Source of the DNA: Cetorhinus maximus
Lineage: Eukaryota
Direction of reading: 5' to 3'
Assembly (NCBI RefSeq): GCF_964194155.1
Contig: NC_135879.1
Location: 157,294,001 to 157,358,000, forward strand
Length of the DNA stretch: 64,000 nt
Shown here: piece by piece, positions 26,702 through 39,270 of the stretch
Layout: every line of letters begins with the position of its first letter
Position numbering within the stretch: position 1 is the first letter of the stretch
Notes under the pieces: generated by a model
What the model was told of the DNA's origin: nothing
Database searches by the model: none
What the model saw: only the letters and a program-made list of their open reading frames with translations
Program-made: the position numbers and the translations under genes

Positions 26702-27236
26702 GCAGGGAGGTTATGCTAGAACTGTATGAGACTGTGGTTAGGCAATAGCTGCATACGTTTTGGGTCATAGAAATACAGGGATGAAGTGATCACACTCATG
26801 ATGGTACAGACTAGATTTACCAGGAGTGGAGAATTTTAGTTATGAGGTAAAGAATGGATAGGCTAAAGTTGTTTTCTTTGAAAAAGAGGAGGCTGAGGGG
26901 AGATATAATTGAGGTGTATAAAATTATGAGGGACTTAGAATGAATGGGAAGGATCTATTGCCATTGTCTGAGACACCAATAAGCAGGAAGCATGAATTTA
27001 AAGTAATTGGCACAAAGCTTCAAAGGAAGTTGAGGAGAAACCTTTTCACCCAGAACATGACGGAGCTCTGGAACTCTATGAAAGACTGGCACAGACAGAC
27101 ATGGCATTTATAAAGTACTTTGATATGCACTTGAAATGCTGTAACCTACAAAGCTATAAGAGTTGGAAAGTAGGATTATTCAACAAACACAGACCCACTG
27201 GGTCGAACGGCCTCCTTCCCTGCCGTAGATTTGTGA
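26702..27236 (+). mobile_element. Degraded CR1 3' region (further CR1 remnant at about 26110-26305)
   Basis: gaggaggctgagggggagatataattgaggtgtataaaattatg and ttttcacccag motifs, colinear with 11560-12148. Confidence 0.75.
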
Positions 27237-27563
27237 TCCTCTGTAACAGTGATTCCCTGATGCTCAATGTTCTAATTTTAATAATACTAGCAGCATTGTG
27301 GTCCTGACTACCAAGAGATTTATCAGAAACATGGATGTATATTGTGTATGATTTTACATTATTATGAAATTGGAAAATGCAGGAAATATTCCATCAGAGT
27401 TTGTGCCAATTCAGTGTTAAGCTGAATTGTTGTCTGAATGGGGTGTATCTTGTCTTATAGAGGATGACTGAGACATCTTTGCAAATGTACACAAAATCAG
27501 AATTCTCAATCTTTTCTAAAATACTGAAAATGTTGAATACCTAGGTTTGTATATTTTCAGTTA

Positions 27564-28252
27564 CACACGCATCCCCCATTTAAAGTGCATCCTAATAGCA
27601 TGTTTTTGTTTCAGCACGGTTTGTAAGTTAGGGAACATACGCAAATAGTGCTGCTGATCTTGACCTCCATTTTTGTTTTAGCATGGTTACTGCGCATGCG
27701 TCAAGAACCATATTGTAACTGCGCATACTTGGTCTTTTTTAAAAATACTTCCCACCGCTTCATTTGCCACCTCTCCCAGTCCCCTCGCTGCTTCCCACTC
27801 ATCTCTCCCAATCCCCTCATTGCTTCCCTCTTCCGACCTCCTTACTCCTTCCCACTCACCAATCATCTCCTTATTCGCTCGATGCTTCCCTCCCACAATC
27901 CCCTTGCTGGTTCCTCCTTGCCACCTCACTTAACCTCCCCTCCCCCCCTCTCCCAAGCCCTTGTTGTATCTGAGGGCAGTGAGAGGGAAGCAGCGAGGGG
28001 TCAGGTGAAGAAAGCAGTGAATGAGTTGGGGGTGGGGGTGGTGGTGCAGCGAGTGGGAGGTGAGTAGAAAGAAGATTTTTAGGCCAGTTAAGTTCAAGGC
28101 AACTAATAGGTTTTTAATGTAAAAATTACAGGTCAGGAATGTAACCCACCCTTATTACATACTTCTATTAGAGAGCTTCTTTCTGTTCAGCACGGTTTCA
28201 TGTAGCCTTCTATTTTTTTAGGAACACAGGAATGTAAAATGAGGGAAAGCTG
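27564..28252. mobile_element. Tc1/mariner (Tigger/pogo-like) non-autonomous element
   Basis: TA|cacacgcatcccccattt ... aaaatgagggaaagctg|TA degenerate TIRs; subterminal ttcagcacggttt occurs twice; internal C/T-rich then G/A-rich tracts. Confidence 0.5.
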
Positions 28253-28400
28253 TATTTTGTTTTCAGGCCAGATAGAAACTCTGGCACTAAAACTGTCAAA
28301 TTTGATCTGAAATGTTAATGAGTTATTATTTATCATGGACAATAATCTCTGGACGAGAATATTTATAGAGGGTCTGAATTGGGTCTGTTTAAATTTGCAG

Positions 28401-28462
28401 GGTTGATTACAACAACATCACGAAAACTAGATCGGGAACAGCAGGCGGAGCATATCCTTGAG
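28401..28462 (+). CDS. FAT1: FAT1 internal coding exon (62 nt, phase 1-0; equivalent to human exon 4)
   Basis: tttgcag|GG TTG ATT...CTT GAG|gtgagt. Encodes (G)[20 protein letters not shown] with the cadherin LDRE motif and joins in frame to the next exon. Too short for the ORF track. Confidence 0.95.
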
Positions 28463-30214
28463 GTGAGTGTAATTTGTTGGCTTTAAAGATTTTCTCTAAA
28501 CATAAATTATGGATGTTTATTATTATAGTTTTATTTAAATGTAAAAGAAGTAATGTTTCAGCTAATGGCTCATCTTAATCTGGTGTGTTTATATAAATGC
28601 GATTTTGGGATCTTTAGCTTTGAACACCTTTTTCATATTTGGAACACAAAACTCCCATACTTCTCATGCACATCATGAAATTAGGAGAAGTCTTTAGTTT
28701 TAAATGGAAGCTAAAAAGAAATTGATAGCTAGACTACAATAGATTTCTGAAGAGACCGTGAACGTGGGCCCCAGTGCTGAAGAGTGGATGTAATACAAAA
28801 AAATCCTGTTGACTTTTCTTCACTGCAGCACATCTGTTTCACTTCGGGCTACTGAAAATGGCTACAAATAGGTCTTTGTTAAGGATGTTTGTAGGAAATC
28901 TTCAAAACAACTAAAATATGAGTCAGAAAGTAAAGTGTTGTTTGAGTAAATACTTATGAGAGATTAGTACATGACCAATATAAACCTTTACTGATCCTCG
29001 CCTTCCCAGTATATTGATGATTTTTTTCTACCACCTTTACTGCCTGACTTGCTGTGAAAAGCCAGCCTGACACTTGAGATTATTATGTAATGTGAATTTG
29101 ATATAATGTGAACAGTTGGTTGACTGGCCTCACTAATGTTTATAGCAGTAATCAAGACGTAATTGAAATGTTTATTTAACCTGCATAGATAATTGTCATA
29201 AAATCCAAATTTAATTGTTGTCTGGAACTTACATTTCATATTCTGTTCTAGAAGTACAGAGGTTCACTCTGGAATTTTAAAACTGTGAAGTGCTCTCACT
29301 TTTGTTTTCAATTATATAATTGCTTAGTGTAGATTTTAACCCAGATTATTTAGAACATGGAAGAACAAGCATTCACTGCACTGTTCTGGTAACAATATAC
29401 AGGAATCTGTTGTGAAAAATAAGACTTTATCTTTAAACATAGCTCTGGCGCCATAATCTATATTTTACAATACTTAGAACTTGTCCAAGCTTCATCTAAA
29501 CTTGGTTTAAAGTAATGTTTCTTTCCAAATAATGCAACATAATGTACAAAGCATTGTAGACATCCTGTATTTGGCTACCAGCAAAGTGGAATATTATGAA
29601 AATGGGGGAGAATTTGTCCTTCGCATACAGCATTCTACATTTGTTTCTATAATTGCCACATATTTGACTGTGTGGTGGTATGTGTCATTTAGTCTGATTA
29701 TTCTTTCAATGGAGTATTCGCTCAGGCACCAATTAATCTACTATTATGAGTTGTGAAATGTTTTCTTTTTGAGAACAATTGAATAAAAACACCTTCCCAT
29801 CTTTCTGTTAAAGGAATTCTCTAGTGTTGCGATCACATCAGGAATATTGCTTAATTTTCATTTTCAACTATTCCAAAAAAAATTGCAATGCTGGGAAAAA
29901 GAGAGTGACATTTAAAAATATCAGTGATTACAAAGGGAGCCTTCAGTTTGAGGATTTCATGAAGTCATGTTGTTGCTTATGAATTGGTGACCTTGAAATT
30001 CAATGGTGTTTTTCAGATTAAAATTGGCACCTAAGCATCAGGCATAACATGGGAGTGCTTATCCTCTACTAAAGTGTCAAAGACCATTGCTCTCTCTCCC
30101 TCCCTGTTTGCTTCCTCCCGATCTCTAAGTAGGCTTGAGGTCCATTATCTGGTGCACTTTCTGCTTATCTATTTTGGTGTAGAGATTATTCCTGCATCTA
30201 GTTTATACTGGCAG

Positions 30215-30490
30215 ATCATGAGGAGAGATTGAGGAGACCGGGCTTATATTCGTGAGATTTTAGAGGAACTGAGGTGATCTTATTGAAGTATCCAAAATTC
30301 TTACAGGACTCGACAAAGTCCATGCAGGAAAGATGTTTCCCTGGCTGGGGCGTTCTAGAACCAGGGACACAGTCTCAGAATAAGGGGCAAGCCATTTAAG
30401 ACTGAGATGAGAAGGAATTTCTTCACTCAGATGGTGGTGAATTTTTGGAATTCTCTACCCCAGAGGGCTGTGGAGGCTCAGTTTTGGGGT
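30215..30490 (+). mobile_element. CR1 LINE fragment
   Basis: tgaggagagattgaggag...aatttcttcactcagatggtggtgaatttttggaattctctacc. Confidence 0.8.
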
Positions 30491-30892
30491 ATGACTGCAC
30501 CCTATTTCAGGTGGCAGTGTGGCCAATGACATTTTACCAAGGGCCTTTCTAGAGTGGCCAGGATGCCCAATTAAGTCAGCCACCAGATCCTTTAATTATG
30601 CAAATGATGATGCAGCCAAAGAAAAGCTCACGTAGTAAGTTTTAATTTATCTTTGCGCTCAGGAGCACCAGGAGTGCTCCTCTGGGCTCCACAAAACAAC
30701 CTGGACCACTGTGCAAACGGTCCGCCAACCCCACCAAAAAATGGATTTCTCAAGGCCATTATTTTCAGCCCACAGCACGTCGCTGCCTTACAATAATGGG
30801 TTCTGTCCCTCGAAATGCAAGTGTCCCTCCCTTTGGCACTATTGAACATCCTGGCTATTGAAAATTGTCCAGTGGTTGGAATCTACTCCTTA

Positions 30893-32210
30893 GGCTGGAT
30901 TTTCTCTTTGGAGACAGGAAACAGGAGCCGGATTTGTTTTTGTGTCAGAAACACACCTCCTGTGGGAAACTGAGTTTCAGATTTTCCCAGGGGTGAGCCC
31001 TTAACTGATAAGGAGACTTGTTTTCCTGTCCAATTAAATCTAACAGAGGTGGATTTCAGACATCAAGGCAGCCATCACTGAGGTTGCTGGTTGTCCTGAG
31101 GCTAAAGGGTTTGTGCTAAAGCCTACCACAGGGAAGCAAGATATCACAGAGGAGCTGGAGACCTGGCACCCATGAGGCAGAGGAGGTCGTCAACCTCGAG
31201 TGTGGCAGGAGGGAGCCACCTCATTGTGCAGCAGGGGCAATTCTCTTCAGTCATCTCCCACTGCCTCCAATTTCTCCTCCCTCTTACCTCCTCCTCCTCC
31301 TCCCCTGATGAGCTGTCCCCTTCCTGGGCCTCACCATCCTCAAGGTTTATACCTCTCAGGAGGGCCATGTTACAGAGAATGGAGCAGACAATTACAAAGG
31401 CTGAGGCCCATGCATGGCATCACCTGACCAGTCCAGGCACCAGACCAGTGATGCCCCATCGGTTGTGATTCTAGTGTGTTGTCGGGGGTATCTGTAACGT
31501 GGGTGATGCATCAGTGTGCAGCAGCCTGTGAGATGCAGCAGAGGTCTGCACTGACTGGAACACAGATATCTGTGACCATCTGCCTCGAGAGTCACAGTCT
31601 CCATTGCCATTGGTTCTCTGTCATCTACAGGACTTTTCGCCTCTGCCTGTTGATTCTGTGCTCAGGGTGGTGCCTCCTCTTCCTTTGTGTCTGTTGTCCC
31701 TCTCTTCTGCCCTTCTGCTTCTCACCAGTGGCCTCAATCTCTAAAGTTGCAGCACCTGTTTCCATCTGCAGCCGCCTTGGTAGAGCTAATACCGTGTCCA
31801 CTGCTCCAATTCACAGGCTATGCTGGGAGGTTGACAGTCTCATGAACTTGCAAAGTCCTTAATGCTGACTTCTCCCCTGGCCTGTGATAGGCTGCTTCAA
31901 CTTGAACTTCAAACTTTGATCTTTGAAAAGCATTTTTACTTACCTTTTTAAACTCTTCATGCTTCCATCACTTTACCCAGATGTGGTCCTCACCTCCAGG
32001 CAGCTGGTCTGACATGGGCGGCTGCTAAACATGGGCCCCCGCTAGGTATATTGGAAAAGTTTTAAGAGATGGGCATTTAATCAGCCCTTAATGATCTTAA
32101 TTGCTGTGATAATAGGTGAGCACAGTTCAGAGGTCTGCACTTTCCCCTGCCCTCAGGAAGATCATTCAGGCATTTTTTTTGACCTGCCTGTCACTGTTCC
32201 AGGTCAATTT
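30893..32210 (-). mobile_element. Internally deleted PIF/Harbinger element carrying HARBI1-like transposase remnants
   Basis: Minus strand about 31680-31290: RL*LSRQMVTDIC, ADLCCISQAAAH*CITHVTD, WCLDWSGDA, FVIVCSILCNMALLRG and an acidic tail. ggctggattttc TIR-like left end; right boundary uncertain. Confidence 0.7.
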
Positions 32211-33184
32211 GTGTTGGTTTATAAAAGGGATACTGGAATAAGACCTTTGCAGAACCTTTATTTAAGGTGTATTTTGTGAAAGATAGCTACTTTACTGGAA
32301 TGGAAGAAGACACTTGTTTGTAAATAAGTATTTTCTATCATATCTTATTGGTTGAGAGGGTTATTATTTTGTTTAAAAGGGTCACTTGGCGCAGTAAGTA
32401 ATTCTGTTATTGTTGAATACCAGAGTGCATTATATTGATTTGGGTAATTTTACATTATGTTATGATTCTAGATGTTAAGTTTGGTTTGGCTGCTTTGGTT
32501 CTTTAGGTGAACATTTAGAACATTGAGAGGAAACCTCATGGCTCTGATCATCATTATGTTCTTCTAATTATACATATGATAGCTATGGGAGTGATTTCAG
32601 AATGCCATATGAAATGTGCATGATGAGACAGCAAATTAATTTACCTACCTAGAGCTTGTTTTCTTTGGCTTTGACTGACCAAGCTTCCATGTATGAGTCG
32701 TAATTAAGGTCATTCATTACTCCACAACAGTACAAATAATCCAGGACAGGGAGTGATAGATCAGAATATTGCTTTCAGGTCTTTTTCCTTTGGAACGTAT
32801 AATTTAGACACATGTTCATAAAATCTGTTTCCTGATGGATGACATTTTAGTAAATGCCAAGACATTTAAATGTTTTAGGGCTAGACAAAGTGAAGGGGCT
32901 TAGGACAGACATTTCAAAACATTTTTGGACAGGAGAGGTTTTGTTCTTGAAATTTTTATTGTGTCTCAAGAGTTAAACTGTCATTTTTGGGCTCATTTTT
33001 GTTTAGGATAGTTAACTAAATAAGGCTTCATAAGCCCTTTCTACTAGCTGCTCCTATAAATGTACATGCTTTCTAGTACACAATTTGCCTATGAGATTTA
33101 ATTCCATTTTAATGCCCATTTTATCCATAACTACAATGCATCTCCTCCTTTCTCGTGGTACAGCCTAGACTCGTAGCTTATCCA

Positions 33185-33400
33185 TGGGAAGTTTAAAAAC
33201 CATATTCTGGAAATCTGGAACTCATTCCCCAAAAAGTTGTGGATGCTGAGTCAAATGAAATGTTCAAGACTAGATTTTTGATGGGTAAGTGTATCGATGG
33301 ATATGGAACAAAGGTTGCCAAATGGGGTCAAGTTGCAAATTGGGCTTAACCTAACTGAATGGTGGGATAGGATTGAGGGGCTGTAAGGCCCACTCTTCAT
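33185..33400 (+). mobile_element. CR1 3' end fragment
   Basis: ctggaactcattccccaaaaagttgtggatgctgag...ggatatgg...gaggggctg, similar to other CR1 tails (also about 45360-45680 and 62600-62700). Confidence 0.65.
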
Positions 33401-35539
33401 TTGCACCGTTGTTTTGAATGAATTTCATAGGGAACTGACCAAGCTCAGATTACAATTGCTGTAAAGGTACCCATTTTGTCTTTTCAGTGCATACTGACTA
33501 GGTCTTTGTCAAGTTTGTCGTCTTACCTGGCTACAGATTGTGGATATCATTTTAATTATCAGCTGCTATTCAGCATGAAGTTGAATTGCTCCTTTTGTGT
33601 TTTGAGGCTTGTTTATTCATTCATGGACAATCTATTTGTTACTTGGGCTGTGTTTTGTTGCGGTTAGCTGTCTTTTTCACAACAATTACTTTTGCCTGAT
33701 AACATAATTTCAAGAAACAACCCAGTGTAGAGATCCTTTGTATTAATGGGTAAGGTACTCTCTTTCACCTGGAAAATAATTGTTTGCGTTTTAATTTTTA
33801 CTTAATGAAACTCTTTCACTGGTAATATAATACATTGTTGACTGTTACACACAATGTAACGGTTTGCAAAGTCAAATAGAACTGGATTAGTTTGAAATCC
33901 GATATTTTAAAGAATGATTCAGGAAATTTTGTACCTTCCGGGCAGCCTTTAGTAAAATGATGATATAATTAGAATAGGAGCCAAATTGTGCACATCTATT
34001 AAGCATAATTAAATGTCCACTGACTAAATGTGGTCATATGCCTTTGTTTACTCATTAAATGGTTATTGACCAATATAAAATACATCGTGGTGGGTGGTAT
34101 CTTTCCAGACTGTCATCACTTCATACAATGTGCTTGTGTGTCTGTTTTAGCTTGTTTCCTCCTGTTCAGTAAAATACTTGGCTGATTAATAAAACAAATA
34201 GAACATGTGGGTTGTGGGTCAGACAGAAGGATTAAAGGAGAAGAAAAATCATCCTCCCTTTAGTGCAAGTTAAAAGACTGTCCCCTGAATGCCTTTCGTC
34301 TGGGAATGAAAAAAGTTTATACTTTTGGAGCTCCTGGGTATTTGAATGTAGACTGCACAGAAGCGGTGACATTTGGATTAAGTATGTACAGACTGGTCCG
34401 CAAATCCTTCAACTAAACTGAAATTAGATCTAAGAAATTCTCAGTGCAAAACATAATTCAACATTATTGATATTTTGTTTGCAATGAAAATGGAAAATAC
34501 AGATTCATCAGTCCCTGAAAAGAGAGGGGACATTGTGAGTGGTGAACCTCCCATCTTGCATTGAGCCTTTGCTTAAAATGTTCACCTATCTTCATTCAGA
34601 TGCTTATAGATTTGTGTTTCAAATTCTCTTTGGGCAGACAAACTGGAAATAATACAAAGTTAAATAGTTGCTTTGAACAAAGATTTCTGATTTTTTTAAA
34701 AAATCACTTATTCCTCCAGTGTCATTTGCAGACATAACTGCTGGTGTAAGTTACAGTTCTTATTTTAAAACTGTTGCAATAAATTATTGAAATACAAAAA
34801 AGATGCATATAAAATGCCATTTAATTAATACACATTTATGTCACAATTAGAGTCCAGTCATTTCAATCAGCAGTATGCAGTAAGATTTAACATGTTTGTT
34901 TTATAGTCTGAGATGCTGGCAGACAACCCAAAGCAGCTGCCTTTTGATATGAGCAAACCAATTACGTTAGGTGAAATTCCAGCCTTTGCTAATTTTACTG
35001 ATGGAAAATTCATGTAAGTTTTTAAGCATGAACTCGACTTCCTAGCCATTGTAATTTGCCAGTAAAAATAATGAACGCTGGAATTTTCATTCCCTGTCTG
35101 CAGGGTGGGGTGGGGCAGGGGGCATGTTGGGTTGGGGGAGGGGAGATGGATATTCCTGTGTGGTGAATGTTGGGCAGGCGCGAGGCAGAACAATAAACAC
35201 CGACAAAAGCTTCAAATAATTTTTGTGGTTGGCCCAGCATTTTAATATGCCCGTGTGGCTGAGGTATGGACAAGGCAGCATGTTGATGATGTGGGACAGA
35301 TCCAGTAGCTCTTGAGCCAAATTGACACTTCTTATTAAAGGAGAAGTGGAGGCAGTTCCTGGGAAGGGTTGTGGAGGGTCAGGCTTATCAGGTGTCAATT
35401 TTTTTAGGGCTAGGAAAGCATTAACGCTCATCCAAGCCTCACAACTGGTGTTTCACTCAGCTGCAAAGCAGCCTGAAAGGTACTGTACAGGTTTGTTTTT
35501 CCATGATAAATAACACAACTGCACATAAGATTTAAAGGC

Positions 35540-35720
35540 TAAGATAAAAGCAAAATACTGCGGATGCTGGAAATCGGAAACAAAAATTGCTGGAAAAACT
35601 CAGCAGGTCAGCAGAACAGTTCTGTAGAAGAGTCAAACCGACTCGAAACATTAACTCTGTCTTTCTCTCCACAGATGCTGCCAGACCTGCTAAGTTTTTC
35701 CAGCAATTTTTGTTTTTGTT
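35540..35720 (+). mobile_element. Penelope-derived short inverted-repeat element with 14-bp TSD and hammerhead-like core
   Basis: TSD taagatttaaaggc at 35526-35539 and 35721-35734. Arms acaaaaattgctggaaaaactcagcaggtc / gacctgctaagtttttccagcaatttttgt. Core ctgtaga-a-gagtc-aaacc-gactc-gaaac at 35622-35649. Confidence 0.75.
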
Positions 35721-36121
35721 TAAGATTTAAAGGCATTGCACACTGAAAAAATGGGGTGTGCACAACAACTAAACTTTGAAGGGAACATTGCTCATAAATG
35801 CAAATCTTTTCTTTTAATAATCAACAGAAAGCCTACCTGCCTTACTTTCAAGGGTACTCCAGTGGCCCCTTTAAGGGCAAATGGGTAGGCTGCACCCTGT
35901 AGAGCACGCACTCCTCCCATTGCAAATTGAATTGAGATCCAATTGACACCATAACACCCTGATTTAATGAGGTTTCTCCCTATTTTTAGTGGGAGCCTTG
36001 GTCACCTATCTGAAGGAAGGCAATGCAAAACAGTAGCAGGAATGGAGCACTCATTCTGCACCCTGATTTTTGAGCATTTGACCAGCCCATTCGCACCTAA
36101 AAACAGGGATGAAAATTGGGA

Positions 36122-36593
36122 TCACTCAAGAAGCTTGAAACCATCCAAGAGAAAGCAGTCCACTTGTTTGGCACCCCATCCACCATCGTAAAAAATAAAA
36201 TTAACGCTCTCCACCACTGCTGTGCTATGGCTGCAGCATATGCTGTCTACAAGATGCAGTGCAGCGACTCGCCAAGTCTTCTTCGACAGTACCTTCCAAG
36301 CTGGAGACTTCTATGACCTCGAAGGATATGAACAACAGGCATGTGGAAGCACCACCACCTGCAAGTTCCCCTCAAAGTCACACACCAACCTGGCTTAGAA
36401 CTGTATCACATTCCTTCATTGTCCCTTTATCAAAATCCACAAATTAAGTCCCTAACAACACTAAGTGTAGCTACACCAGACAGACTGCAGCAGCTCAAAA
36501 AGGGCCGTTCACCATGCCATGCCAATTCGGAATGAGCAATGAATCCTGGCCTTGCCAGCAACACCCACATCCCATTAATGGATTTTTTAAAAA
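36122..36593 (+). mobile_element. LINE family A 3' fragment (old)
   Basis: LKKLETIQEKAVHLFGTP...VYKMQC...LLRQYLP and tail ctggccttgccagc...cacatccc. Confidence 0.8.
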
Positions 36594-37727
36594 GGTGTTA
36601 AGCTGTGATTGGGTACGCGAGGATGAACATTTTCTTTGCTGTCCGTAGTGAATGCAGTGAAGCTAAACTGGCCAAGAGACTAATGCCTCTTTTTTTAGAA
36701 GATAGCTTCTTTCATAGTTTGTTGTTCAAGAACAAAAGTTTAATATTTGGCAAGGTTGAACATCACTTCTAATTATGAACTGGGTATACTTTTTATATAT
36801 TTTAAAACTGAATTACATTCTTTGTTGATTTTGTTGCCCGCATCAAGGTAAAAGATGTCAATGTTGGGGCATGAATCACTTATTCATATTTTCATCTCCC
36901 AACATCAGCAAAAATGTCCAAGTCGGTCATGGTAAGGTCTTACACAGTGTCAAACTCTCTTTAATATGCTTAATCATATGCACCCATTACAGCAGCAGCA
37001 GGAATTTAGTTGCTTCCTACATAAACCGTCCTTGTGCCTATTTTGAGCATATTTAGCACAGATTAGTGAACAGTTTAATGCTGTGGATATTTGCCCACAA
37101 GAAAGTTGACTCAGATTGCTCAAACATATTTCACTTTCAGACCTGGGAAAGCTGAATTACTTTGCTTGGGATCATACAGAGATCCTAAAGGTGAAAACGA
37201 ATTGCTGAACCCAATCCCTTGACATATTTCTTAATCCCTTCAAAGAAATTTCCTGTCTGCTGGTTTAAATAATTTAAAGCCCATTAAAACTTGAAATCCC
37301 ACATGTCTATATGCCTTGTGTTAAAATTTAGAATGGGATTTTCCGGCCCCTCCCACTGGTCCTGCCAAAGTCAACGGAGATTTGAATGGCTTGCCGCATC
37401 CTCCACAGGGAAACCCGCCATGGTGGGGCTGGAATACCCTGGCCTTAGTGTTTGTGTTCTGAGTAATCTTTCCTTTTTATATTTTTTCCAATATAAAATG
37501 CCGACCACTGCTGCAAGGTATTGAAATTACTAGTCTCAAGTTGCTTAGACTTACAATAAAGCAAAATAAGAAAAACATTTTATTTGGTCTGGCAATAAAT
37601 ACTGCTTATTTTGAACCGATGAACATGTTTCTTCCACTTCATGAGAAAAATGAATTCTAGTACTATATAAAGCTGGATGACCTAAAATGCTAATGCTAAT
37701 AATGTGTTTTTCCTGCTGCTTTAACAG

Positions 37728-38057
37728 GTGACAATTACTGACAATGGCAGCATCCCAAAATCTACCATTGCTAGAGTTATAGTGAAGGTTTTGGATGAAA
37801 ATGACAACAAACCTCAGTTCTTGCAAAAGTTCTATAAAATCAAACTTCCAGAACGAATAAAACCAGAACGAGAGAAATCAGTTAAGCGGGAACCCATCTT
37901 TAGAGTAATCGCTGCTGATAAGGATGAGGGCCCAAATGCAGAGATATCTTACAGTATTGAAGAGGGAGATGAACAAGGCAAGTTCTTCATTGAGCCTAAA
38001 ACTGGCGTTGTCTCATCTAAGAAGTTTTCTGCAGCTGGGGAATATGATATTCTTACA
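37728..38057 (+). CDS. FAT1: FAT1 coding exon (330 nt, phase 0-0; equivalent to human exon 5)
   Basis: ttaacag|GTG...ACA|gtgagt. [43 protein letters not shown]...[13 protein letters not shown]. Has DxNDNxP and ADxDxG cadherin motifs and closely matches FAT1 as I recall it. Confidence 0.97.
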
Positions 38058-38600
38058 GTGAGTATACATATATATGTGTATAAATATACATCTGTGTTTA
38101 TGTTTGTGCATTGAGTTCAGATACATAAGCCCAAAAATTCAGGTAATTCCATTTATGGGCAGACAGGGGTGAAATTTTCCTTCGCTGCTCCTAAACACCC
38201 TGCACCGGAACAGTGAAGCCCATGACTCCCCCAGTATTTTATCTCCAGCTTCATTTTAGTGCAACTGGCCATAATACTGTGCCAGCGAAGAGGAGTGCAA
38301 ATTCAAGGTGCTGAAGTGTGTTGGCAGCACAATCTGGCTTGGCCTTGCTATTAGAATCAGGTTATGGGCACATGGGGAACAATGATGATTGGGGTACAGT
38401 GTGGGGGTGGGAATGGTGGCAGAGCACACAGTGCTAAGGGAGAGTGAGGAGGAGGGTTGGCTATCAGCTCCTTTAATGTGCCTTTGGGAGGATCTTGGTT
38501 CTGCATTCAGGTAAGTTATTTAACTTTTTTGGTTGGGTCTAGTGGGTGATTGCTATGCCTAATTTCCTGACTCTGGCTGCCTCAGAGTAAACTAATCATG

Positions 38601-39270
38601 GGGCAGGATTTTGCCCTCGGCAGGGGTGGGCAGGAGTCGCCCGCCACCCGTGATCGGCTCCACATGGCGATTTCGCACGAGCGGGCCAATTAAGGCCCAC
38701 CCTGTGCAGATTGTGAGCGGCAGTGTTGAGCGCTGCCTGTGCAGGTGGGGGGAGGAGGGAGAGCCAGTCCTAGCACGCAGTTTGCGCATGCGTGAGGAAG
38801 AGTGCTTCAGTCTCCCTAAGGCACGGAGCTGCCTCAGGGAGATTGAAACGCTGTGTTAAAAAAAAGAGAATATAAATTTAATAAAACATGTTATCTCATG
38901 TGACTCTGTCACATGAGCTGGGGCATGTTTTAAAATCAAAAATAAAGTTTTTATTTAATTTTTATTTGCTTTAGGAAACCTCATCCCGCTCGTGGATAAG
39001 GTTTCGTAAAACATATAAAAGTCACTTGGTCTTTTCGCCTGCCCGCCAACCATAAGGTTGAACAGGCAGCGTAAATTTGAATTTAACTAGATTGTTAATG
39101 GCCTTAATAGGCCTTTTAATTATTGGCGGGTGCGCAGCCATCTCCGGTGCACGCCTGCCGAACGAAATATCGCAAGACTGCGCGGTGATGTCGGGGTGCA
39201 TGTCCAACGTCATCGTGCGTCATTTTATGCTCGGGCATGTCGGGCGTACGCCGAGCGTAATATTCTGCCC
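38601..39270 (+). mobile_element. CpG-rich PIF/Harbinger-type MITE (670 bp)
   Basis: TIRs gggcaggatttt / aatattctgccc; TSD atg at 38598-38600 and 39271-39273. Confidence 0.85.

Noticed and set aside
1-28400. Preceding FAT1 exon (about 315 nt, DVNDNAP-containing)
   Set aside because: No cadherin-motif reading frame was found, so it must lie upstream of the window.
38058-38114. ORF-track extensions beyond FAT1 exon ends (also at 40088, 50655, 58581, 60240)
   Set aside because: These are read-through into introns past canonical splice sites, where cadherin similarity stops.
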